The notes under the pieces were generated by a model. That model was not told the DNA's origin, searched no databases, and saw only the letters and a list, made by a program, of their open reading frames with translations. Made by a program: the position numbers and the translations under genes. A DNA stretch of 59,005 bases, filler included, from Ionaspis alba (Eukaryota), in NCBI GenBank assembly GCA_964255285.1. It is 4 parts of 4 records of this genome, joined end to end, with 100 filler letters (N's around TTAATTAATTAA, not from the genome) between each part and the next. Parts side by side here need not be neighbours in the genome. Positions count along the whole stretch, not along the records: positions 1 to 14,699 come from CAXUUL010000405.1; 3 more parts are not named here. The stretch is one strand, 5' to 3'. This document shows, piece after piece, positions 1-10,180 of the stretch; position 1 is the first letter of the stretch; every line of letters starts with the position of its first letter.

Positions 1-212
1 GCCTTGATCCTAGGCAATATGTGAGTCGCTGAACAGTGTGATCCAGGAGTCCGTGTGTGAAGCATAGTGAGTCTGAAAGTATTCCTGATATTGTTATAAG
101 TATCGTTCTGATAGGCCATCCTTTCTCAAATCTTCTCTTTGCTCTATGATATTACAGCATCACTATCCTGAGTTCTTTCTATCTCAATCCTAACAAGCAT
201 AAGACACAAAAT

Positions 213-1292
213 ATGCCCGTTATTTACCTAGACTCCGCCTATGGCGGTATACTAACTATTAAGCAAGCTCGTTTCGAGGAGTTCTTCGGCAGCATAGCGA
301 CATCCGGTCTGGAGGCACGACATAAGGAGAACCTTGATATCTTACTTGAAGAGAATCCGTATTTGAGGCACTTAATGCACGAATCGTTGCCAACCTATGG
401 CATGAGAACCACCATGCTCCGCCTCGTCAAGATGTACAATCCCGAATTAGTCCACGCAGAAAAGCAAGCAGACGGCAGAGCCTTCGCGTACTGGCAGTTT
501 TCTCGTCACGGTTTGTTTGGAGACTTGCCAGTGACTATGGCGATAGCGCGTCTATTACGTGAGTGTGATTCTCGCTGGTGCCTCTACGGATTTGGCGTAC
601 ACGAAAATAAGAATGCTGTATTCGTTGTCGGAGAGTTGAACTATACGGATACAACAGCGTTGCAGGTCGGTCGTTTTCCACCTCCTTTCACGATCATCGG
701 CTCGCCGGGACGGCATTTTGGCGTGGGCAGGATGGTTGACGAACTTGAAGAAATTCATGGTCATCGTCACGGGCCACATCAGCATGGAAGCATGATCGGT
801 ACGATGGTGAACACGTACGTACACACTTCAGTCCAGGATAACGGCAGGTCGCCCCGACCAGAACCACCAGCAATCGATCGACCACCCTCTAGAAATACCA
901 GACATTCTGGTACCACCAGAGATCACCGCCTCGGTCATGATGACACCGATGATGACGATGCGGAGTACTTCTCCACAGAACCAGAGGATGAATTTGATGA
1001 CGCAACTGTTCCTCGCAGACGCACCCGCCCCCCACCATCCAACGAACCTAGCTCCGATGAAGAAGATGATTCAGAGTATGGACTCGGTGGAGGCGGCCCT
1101 AGGACCCATCGGCATAGTGACGGTCAAACGATCCGTCATCATGCATCTGATGGGCGTGGTGCAGGAAGTGAGAGGCGAAGAAATGAGGATGCGGATGATG
1201 TTCCCCCTCCAGCTTATGAGGAGCTTGAGGAAGGGACTAGCACCACGAGGAGGATGAGGAGATCAGGCGGGGGAGGGAGGTCAGGGCTCTGA
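213..1292 (+). CDS. Hypothetical protein (359 aa, intronless): about 190-aa putatively folded N-terminus plus acidic/Arg-rich disordered tail with a PPAY motif
   Basis: Long ATG-initiated ORF (caaaatATG context) with protein-like composition; no family recognised. Confidence 0.6.
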   Translation: MPVIYLDSAYGGILTIKQARFEEFFGSIATSGLEARHKENLDILLEENPYLRHLMHESLPTYGMRTTMLRLVKMYNPELVHAEKQADGRAFAYWQFSRHGLFGDLPVTMAIARLLRECDSRWCLYGFGVHENKNAVFVVGELNYTDTTALQVGRFPPPFTIIGSPGRHFGVGRMVDELEEIHGHRHGPHQHGSMIGTMVNTYVHTSVQDNGRSPRPEPPAIDRPPSRNTRHSGTTRDHRLGHDDTDDDDAEYFSTEPEDEFDDATVPRRRTRPPPSNEPSSDEEDDSEYGLGGGGPRTHRHSDGQTIRHHASDGRGAGSERRRNEDADDVPPPAYEELEEGTSTTRRMRRSGGGGRSGL

Positions 1293-1555
1293 GTTAGGAT
1301 GTAGGTGATGATAGACCTGGAGCAGTTTGGTGTGCGTACTTCTCGTATCACATGGGCCTCTCGGAGCTTCTCACTCCATACCTCAGCGTTGCAGGAGCAA
1401 GTTGGAATTGAAGATAGATTTCAGTTTCTGGAATAGGTCACGCATGCATACCTATATCGAAATCCCAAACCAACGCCAGTGTATCTTCTTTTGATATCCA
1501 ACATATCCCAGAAGGCCCCAAATCCTCTAGCCCAATCATGACTGCCACCCATGTC

Positions 1556-2849
1556 TTACCCGGCATTCCTAGCCCCCACTGGTGCGCCGTCCCTCTTCCT
1601 CCCCATAACCCTCCCCATCGCATCCCTGACCTCTGGATCCGCCCTGATTGTGTTCTGGACCAGCCACTCCCGAACCCTATTCTGCACCTCTTTGACGCCC
1701 TTGTCATCGCCCACAAAAGGCGCCATATCCAAAGCCAACAGTCTACTCGCCTCGGTCTCATTCGCTTGTGCAATCGCCTCCAGCCTCAATAATTGAGCCG
1801 GCTCAATGGCGTTTGGATTCGACGAGGAGGAAGTGGGTGTTGGAGAGGGAGGTTGGAATAATGGACCGAGTTGGGAGAGGGCGATGAAGAGCGTGAGAGT
1901 TGCTTTGCGGGCTAGGTGGAGGAGTTGAAAGGGGAGGAGGGGGGCGTGTGTTGTGAGGTGTAGGGTGCGGAGGGTCGAGAGGAGGGGGTTGAGGAGCGTG
2001 GTTAGGAGGGAGGGATAATGTGGGCGGGTGAGGGTGTGGAGTTCGAGGAGGATGAGGGCAGTGGAGGTGAGGTAGCGCCACTGTGGGGAAGGAGATGGAT
2101 TAGCTGGAGTTTCTCGCAGGGCAAGGTATCGGCAGAGGCGGGTAAGAGGAGTGTTGGCTTACAAAGCGGCCCCATTGGAGATATCCAGTCACTCCGAGGA
2201 TGATCATGAAAACTGCGGAGCCGACGTACATCGGTGCGGCGGCTCGAACGCCCATGAGTAGGTAATCGCGGATTGAAGAACAGTGTTGGAATTCGAGCAT
2301 GTCGGGGCCTAGGCGGTCATAGGCGAAGCGTTTGGTTGGGCTGAGGAGAGTGTCTTGGGCGAGTTTGACGTGGACGAAGAAGGCTTCGGAGGAGGCGCGG
2401 TCTTCAGCCGCCGTAACTTTGTCGGGATGGTGGAGTGCGGCTCTAGAATTGTATAAGCTAGGAATTAGGAACTTGGAGGCCAGAAGTCGCCTTACAGTCT
2501 TCGGAACCGAGACTTGATTCCCCTGTCATCGACATCATGGGGAACGCCGAGGGCTTGGTAGAAATCTCCTTGTCGCCGCATCTGGTAATCGGCTTCGTAG
2601 AGGGTATAGAGGAGGTAAGCGAGAATCACAGTGATATGGATTCGTCGTCTATGCTTCTGGTATCTAGGGGTTCCAGGCTGAGGTTTGGGATCGCCGGCCC
2701 GAATTGTGATACCATAGTAGAGGGTCTGCAGCCATCCCGTCGCAAGCTGGAGCATAGGTCAACTTTTGTTCTCCGCGTACAGAACGATCGAGATAACTCA
2801 CGTTGGGCAGGAATGTCCAGCCTATGAACGGTAGGAGTGCAGCAGACAT
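1556..2849 (-). CDS. Membrane-associated DnaJ (J-domain) protein, 4 exons
   Basis: Spliced translation MSAALLPFIGWTFLPN|LATGWLQTLYY...DFYQALGV...IKSRFRRL|AALHHPDK...KRFAYDRLG; HPD motif, hydrophobic TM segments, three GT-AG introns. Confidence 0.88.
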
Positions 2850-3099
2850 ATTCTCGAGACGGAATCTTTCTGTTGGACATCTATCATTGTCTTGATGTTG
2901 AGATGCTGTACTGAAATGAATAAGTAGCCAAAAGCATTATTGCCGGATTCGCGTATCGACAGGTGATCGCCAGGGCTCCGCGCCATCCCTGTCTTTCTGC
3001 CCTCAATCCCGCATGCACGCCAAAACCTTAAATTTTCTCCGCCCATATATTGAGTCCGGGACAAACTTCCATGCGACTGTCTAATTCAAGCAACTTGCG

Positions 3100-4119
3100 A
3101 TGTCGGTAGAGGCCAGCCACCCCGATCCCAGCAAGTCCAAACACCACAAGAAGCCAAAAGATAGGACAGATAAGAAGGAGAAAAAGAAGCGGAAGCGAGA
3201 CGTCCAGGACGAAGATGTGCCAATCGAGACCTTACCATCGAAAAGACACCGGTCGTCGAAAAAGCACCAAGAATTGATCGCGAGCTCTCCACCACCTCCA
3301 ACTTCATACTCTCAGGATCATTCGCCGTTCTATCGCCAAACATCGTCGCTCTACCTTCCACTTTCACCTATAGCCCAGCTTCACCCACTTCAGGGCCTCT
3401 GCGCCGAACACCTCTCTCCGCTCATCTTGACATATTATGCTCCATTTAGAGGTGTCATTTTGTCATACAGCAACGCACGTCTATCAGAAGATCCCCATGG
3501 GTCAGGCGATGGTCAGAATGATGGCATTGTACTCGCAAAATCCGTTGACGAGTACGCTGTGAGCTTTGTATGGGTCACAGCGGAGTTCCTTATTTTTAAG
3601 CCGCAGAAGGGAGGATGGATCGAGGGATGGATAAATTTACAAAATGAAAGTCATGTTGGATTGGTGTGTTGGAATCTGTTTAATGCGAGTATTGAAAGGA
3701 GGCATCTTCCCAAGGACTGGAAGTGGATTGGGGAACCTGCTGCTGTGCCCTCGAAGACAAAACTCAAGGGTAGCCATCAAAGCTTAGAGTCGGAAAATGG
3801 AGAGGTTAACGGAGTGATGGAACCGAAGGAGCATGAGGTGGAGCAAGACGAGGGTCATTTCGAAGATGTGGAAGGTAATCGAATTGAAGGATCGCTCATG
3901 TTTCGGATCAGGGACGTGGAAACTTCCCCTAGCACAGATCGAGAAAAAGGCTTCTTGAGCATAGAGGGGACATTAATGAGCGAGAAGGAGGAGAAAGACG
4001 AGTTGGAGCAACAGCATATCAGGAGTCAAGCAAGCATTGGTCGAGGCTTGTATGCAAACAGGCCGAGGCAGAGTGAGGTCATGTCTGGTGCTCTGCAGAA
4101 CGGACAATTAAATAGCTAG
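3100..4119 (+). CDS. RPA43: RNA polymerase I subunit A43
   Basis: SLYLPLSP...HLSPLILTYY..FRGVILSY and FVWVTAEFLIFKP..G.WIEGWINLQNESHVGLVCWNLFNASI match the RPA43 SHS2/OB fold; Lys-rich N-terminus. Confidence 0.88.
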   Translation: MSVEASHPDPSKSKHHKKPKDRTDKKEKKKRKRDVQDEDVPIETLPSKRHRSSKKHQELIASSPPPPTSYSQDHSPFYRQTSSLYLPLSPIAQLHPLQGLCAEHLSPLILTYYAPFRGVILSYSNARLSEDPHGSGDGQNDGIVLAKSVDEYAVSFVWVTAEFLIFKPQKGGWIEGWINLQNESHVGLVCWNLFNASIERRHLPKDWKWIGEPAAVPSKTKLKGSHQSLESENGEVNGVMEPKEHEVEQDEGHFEDVEGNRIEGSLMFRIRDVETSPSTDREKGFLSIEGTLMSEKEEKDELEQQHIRSQASIGRGLYANRPRQSEVMSGALQNGQLNS

Positions 4120-4385
4120 CCAAATCATAAGGAGTATTCTGGACGAAGTAACGTGAACTGAAGGTAATAAGTCACGAACACACTCTTTTGTATCTGAGCC
4201 TGCATTATAGGCTCGAATCACAAGCCCTATATCTCATTCATACAGCCGAACAGTGCACGCGGGAAATTAGGGTTTCCATAGTTGTCTCGCTTATTCAAAC
4301 CCATGATCCCTGACACCCTTCAATTGCGGGACTTCACGACGCGTAGCGACGACACACAGGAACGAGTTGGACCGATGAAACGACT

Positions 4386-7300
4386 ATGAGATTACAACTG
4401 TGCATTCAGAGGCAAGGCCTGCCGCCTGTGCAGGTCCTCTGGAATGCTGGGGGTATCCGTCCAAACCACGGTGCCGATGGCACGACCACGATTGCACAGC
4501 TCTTGGAGCAGATCAATGAAGTCATGCCGTTAGAAGCCGAGGATTGGGGCTTAGAAGATTATTGTGTGGAGGTCAATGGATTCGAATGTCTGCATTTCGT
4601 GGTGTTGGATCAGATACTCAAGGACGACGACAAAGTCAGGTAGGGCACCTCTTTAGAGCATCTGGGTTTTACGATTTGTACTTAAGACATGAGCAGTATA
4701 CGACCTCTGCAGACGACTGATCTCCGGTATCGACGGATCTCTGGCCGCCACCAGATCTCTAGTGATGGCAAGCATCTGATTGACGGCGTGGCTTTTGGCC
4801 GACCTTTCCTCCGCCGTGCAGACAGACCTGCAATAAGAATACCCCCACGAAAACGAATCCGTTTCTCGCTTGACGACGATAACGAGAGTGAGAATGGCCA
4901 AAGACCTTACAACAGTCAGCGGGCTCTAGTCACGTCAGAGGGCAATCATGCAGATGAGATCGCAGGAGATGGTGGAGACGAAGATGAGTACGAGCTGATT
5001 GAAGATGATCATGAGAGACTTGCGAGCGAGCTCAAGGACCTTAAGGAAGATCTCCAAGAATTTGGTGATGCTACACAAGACGTGAAAATGTCTGCAGTTT
5101 TTAATGGAGCGCACAAGAGTCCTGCTCGACGTATGCGATCCCAAAAACGACACCGGATTGAAGGACTGGGGCTACGTGGAGACGACATCTTTGAGGATGA
5201 GACTCGAAACGGCGAAGGAATCCTTGCTGGATATCACAACCCGCTGCTGGACCATTACTATCAGGATGAGCCAACGGGATCTTCTACTAAGCGAGCGAAG
5301 ACTCGAAGAATTAATCCTTCAACGTCTCGTGCACTGACTAACAGTCATCAAAAGTCGCCGGCTGAGCAACGAATCAGTAGACGGAGCTCGAGTGCGAGCA
5401 CAAAGAGTGTACATTTTGAGGGTGAAGAGCTTGAGACACCGGCAACAATCCGGGAGGATGATGATGAAGATGAGTCTGATGATGAAGATTTCCAGCCTGA
5501 CGACGAAGACATGTCCGATCAGGTTGAGTCAGATAAGGAAAATATTGAGCCTGAGACAGTGGCGAGGTTGAGCGCGCAGAATTTTCAGGCTCCCTCGGAG
5601 GTGGACTTACTGACTACTGTATTTATCCTTGAACATGCTCGATCAGATGGGCGGCTGATAGTTTTATAGAGCTCCGAAGATCTCAACCTTAGCACGGAAG
5701 CGTCCTCCGACGATGACTCTGATAGCTCCGACACCTCATCCTCTTACACTTCATCTTCTGGCAGCAGTTCAAGCTCCGGGGATAAGCTGGTGTCTGACAA
5801 GCAGGAGAATTTGAAGACCAAGGAAACAAAATTCAAGGACACGGTTGTCATTGCAGATGACTCTACTAAGGAGAGAAGAATGTCCATTCTCCCTACTCCT
5901 CCCTACCAAGGGATGCGGAAGACCAAGAAACGCAACGAGCGCCGGCGGATTCACAATAAATTGAATGGCCTGAAACGAGCTGGCCTGCTTTCCCCCAATG
6001 CGACTATCGCAGACTACAACAAGCTAACAGAAAGTCGTGACGTTAACGGGCAGCCAACATTAGCTGATACCTCTCGCGAACCAGAAGTTAAGGACAAAGA
6101 ACACACAGCGGTCTTTGAAGAGAAACGAAAAGCTCTGCTTGAATCTATCTCCTCTGGTGGCGTAGACCTAACGACAGATACCGCCAAAAGTCCAAGCCAA
6201 AAGATGGCTATTCGTACCGGCGTTAATTATCATTCCGTGGACATGGCGGATAAGCCCACAGAAGGCAGATCTGCTTCCGTTCCCGCTACCAGTCTCCCCG
6301 AAAATGATGGAACACCCAAGTCTATGCAAATAGGACCAGAGGCAGTCTCGACGAGCTCGGAGCCGCCGCGACGACGCGCCAAGCTCGATCTCGCCAGCTC
6401 GAAGCGGCTACTCTTTGGCTCGCTGGGACTTCGAACGCCAAAGACCAAAACAGACGAGTTAAAGCTGCGTGAGAAGCTTATGGAGAACGTCAGGTCGGGC
6501 GCTCAGAGCTCTGCTCAGAAGGAGAAGAGCAAGAAAGAGCAAAGCGCAATTACTCCGACTGATGAGGATGACACTTGGAAGAGTAAGATCATCCTCAAGG
6601 CGGTGGAGTGCTGTCACGATGATATTGAATTGAGCACGCCACCGTTTCCGTTTGTGCAAAGATGGGATCCACAGCAGCAGGGACAGTCTTACACACGGGG
6701 TGGCGCTCCCAACGAAAGCCGAGGCAAGAAGCGAAAGCGAAACAACAAAAAGTATCAACAGCAGGAAAAGGACCAGGTTGAGAGCTACTTCGCTTCAAAC
6801 GCGGAACCTGAGCATATTGCGTCGACGAACGACTTAGCAGTCGATGCAGGCGTGTCAGGTAGATCATCCGACCAACGACGGGCCGACAGTGACGAGTATC
6901 AAGGTGCCATTGACAAGCAAATCCTCCAGGACACAGCAGCCCTTGCAGCAGATCCCGCTGCTTCTGCTGACGAACTGCCAACTTTACCTGAAGACATCAG
7001 CGTACTTGCAGCCCTTGTTCCTGAAGCTGCAAAACCTGGAACGATCATCGCTTTCAAGCAACTCGACATGTCACAAGAAACAAACTGGCAGCCCAAAATA
7101 TCCGGTTATCGAACTGCAAAGATCGACAATGTCTTAGACAACGGCCAGCTGGAGATGACTCTAGCGTATCGAGATCGCCCTAATAAAGGAAAGCTCTATG
7201 ACGAGAAAACAGGCGAAAGACTCTATTCTAAGTTCGAGATGCCGGAATTTGATGCTGGCGACGGGAGTGACGATGATGGATTTCTGGAGTTGGGTATTGC

Positions 7301-8636
7301 TGAGATGATCGAACCGAAACTGATACGAATTGCCATTTCGTCGTCAGCTATTGCCGCTGAAGGAGGACAACATTCCACGATAATTCCGCCCGAAGTTGAA
7401 ACAGTGGATATGTCCGCTATTTCGGATGGCGACAGAGCCATATACGATGCTGAGGATGTAGACAACGGTGACCGTTCTGCTAAAGTCGTTGTGACTGAAG
7501 AACTCACAAGCTTCGAGACTCTAAAAGAGTCGTCACAACACCCACAGGAGCCTATCGAAATCACTGAAGAGAATCGTCTGGAAATCTCGATGCTGATTAA
7601 GGATGCAGGCTTCCGCACGAACTTGCATTCAGACATTGATCAAGGACTTGAAGAAAAGGCCATGCAGAAGGACACTACAGCCGCCCACCCACCAGGCGAG
7701 CTGGCCCAAGACACCCTGTCTCCCCGATTCAATGGCTTCAGCTCGAACCCATCCGAGCAGCCAAGCAGCAAGCAAGCCGACGCAGAAGAGTCATATCACG
7801 AAGCAGAAGATCAAATTCCATCCTCCCAACCCCAAACCAAGGGAACAAACACTAGCAACATTTCGTACCCACACCTTCGAAACCCAAGTCCCAGAGCCGA
7901 ACCTCAACCCGAGCCCGAAATCGAAGACTCTTGGCCCCCGCCCAAAATCGTAGACGAAGATGAGGACCTTTTCGCTGATGACTCTTTCCCACCGCCCGTC
8001 GAGCCCCCGGATGATCCAGAGGAAGATCCCGACTTTGAAGTTGACTCGAGCAAATCTTCGTCACAGATGCGTGCGTCACGGCCGGCGACTCGTCGATCGA
8101 TGAGAGGGCGGGGCGAGAGTTCTAAGACCGGTTATGTCTTCTCTGATGATGAGGGCAGCGAGGGTGGTGGGGAGGAGGTGGATGAGGATGAAGATGAGGA
8201 TTTCCCGACTGTGAATGCTATGTTCTCGACTGCACGCTCTCGCGTTCTCGAAGAAGACGAGGACGAGGATGAAGTTCGGCACAGACGCACAACTCGCTCT
8301 TCCTTCTCAGCCTCCCAGCTCAAATCCAAGCCCAAGACGAGAAAGAGACAGTCTTCCTCCCTCGACGACGTCATGGCCAGCTCGTCACAGTCCTCAGCTG
8401 GTGAACATGATATTGCGATGGGTAGCTCGGGGAGGCAAAGACACGGAGGTGAAGAATCGCAGAGCACCCAGGTCGTGGATCTGACGCTTGAAAGTGATGG
8501 CTTGGAGGGAAGTGGGAGGGAAGATGAGAGTAATGCGGGTTTACCGAATGGACCAGGGTGGGTCAGGAAGAGGAAGATGAAGGCGAGGAGGGGGAAGCCG
8601 CCTGGGGGAAGAAGGCAGTTTCCAAGATATGTTTAG
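4386..8636 (+). CDS. Large coilin-like nuclear protein (conserved N-terminal domain, long disordered linker, coilin-type Tudor-like domain), 3 exons
   Basis: ORFs 4386-4643, 4689-5669 and 5790-8636 can be joined by GT-AG introns (about 4640-4696 and 5602-5669); contains GTIIAFKQL...PKISGYRTAKI...SKFE...EMIEPKLI. Confidence 0.62.
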
Positions 8637-8819
8637 GAAAGGGGCGGGGCGATGGAGATGGCATNNNNNNNNNNNNNNNNNNNNNNNNNNNNNNNNNNNN
8701 NNNNNNNNNNNNNNNNNNNNNNNNNNNNNNNNNNNNNNNNNNNNNNNNNNNNNNNNNNNNNNNNAGAAGGCAGTTTCCAAGATATGTTTAGGAAAGGGGC
8801 GGGGCGATGGAGATGGCAT
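8610..8819. other. 100-N scaffold gap (8665-8764) flanked by an exact 55-bp duplication (assembly overlap)
   Basis: 8610-8664 is identical to 8765-8819. Confidence 0.95.
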
Positions 8820-10180
8820 CGAATAGTATGAGAGGGCGGGATGAGAGATTCTGGCTTCAGCTACAGTTGAATTGATGATTAGTGGCAGTGTGCTTATGTA
8901 GTAGGCACCTTTGAGGCAGGAGAAATGATATGTGGTAGCACTACCCGCACAAGTAACAAGTGCGGGACAGACGATGTTCTTGTCGCACAACCACGCCGCA
9001 AAGAACAAAGCCCTAGTCAAACAAATATCTCGAATCAAATAATCGCAATAGCTCGAAAAATAAACGCTCGGGTGCCCTGTAATGACGTGCAGAAAACGGC
9101 GAAGGGATGATTCTGCGTATCCTATACCAATCACGCGCATTCTGTCACTTGAAGTTGACGCATATGCATAGGTACGGTTATGATGTGCTATTTCCAGCCT
9201 GGCGTTCCACAGCTCTATCTTCGGCATGGTAAGCTGCAGTGCAGTCCGGTGGCTTGAACCCCGCCATGCTCTTCGAGTAAAGCAATTATCGTCATTTAAT
9301 GCCTCGACCAGGACGAGATAACACATCATGCATCCACATCATTTGGGAAAGTGGATAGCGTGAAGAAAAAAGCAAGCGGCTTGGTTGTATCTCTCACTAA
9401 GTCGGAAGCAAACAAGTGTCATATCGATACCCACGAGCGATGACGATGGTGAATGTTGCAGGAGAGATGAAAGGTGAGCGCGAGTGCTGATCAGGGGCAG
9501 CAGGAGCGCGAAAGGCGGGACGTTTCTGCGAACAAAGTGAAGCGACGCCGGCAAGAGCCTTCACCTTTGCGCAGAGCCACCCAAGCTTGACCCAAAACAG
9601 GAACAAGCAAGCATTAAACCGCAGCCCCACGCCAAGCCCTTTGAGGAGCACGGTCGAGAACTACTCGTTACTGCAAGGCTGTCCGTCGAGCGATCAAGAC
9701 ACACTCTTCAATCCTTTCACGACACTCCTTTTCCCTCGGTCCTACGACTACTCCTCCTCTTCACTCCTTCTACTACTCGCTGCAGCAGCTCATCGTCGCT
9801 GTTGCACTTCTCGCCCTTCCTTCCTCGACGTCGCAGGGTCTATTGGTCGACCTTGGAACGACGAAGTTACCCGACCCTAGTATCGAAGTCTCTCCCTGTC
9901 TCCCGCCACAAAGATCCATCGCCCAAATCTGGACAATACGTTCCCTAGATACCCACGATTGCTACTCGAGTCACCGCTGGTCGCACTACTTCATCTGATC
10001 TCCTGGCTGAGGATTTTTTTGGTTCTGCTTCGTTTCTCTCCTTTATCCTGCATTCTCCAAGGAAGCAACCTCCTGAACCGTTGCTCCGGAACTTCGATCC
10101 GACAACCGTTGCAAAACCATAAACGCAACGTACATCCTTCATGCTAGAGTAATACAACGTCCCGCAAACACACGCCAAAT

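Noticed and set aside
4117..4161. Possible stop-loss extension of RPA43 past its TAG
   Set aside because: Only 13 further codons in a poorly conserved tail; nothing supports it
8541..9329. 262-aa minus-strand ORF
   Set aside because: Spans the N-gap and duplicated flank, overlaps a real gene antisense and has no protein-like motifs
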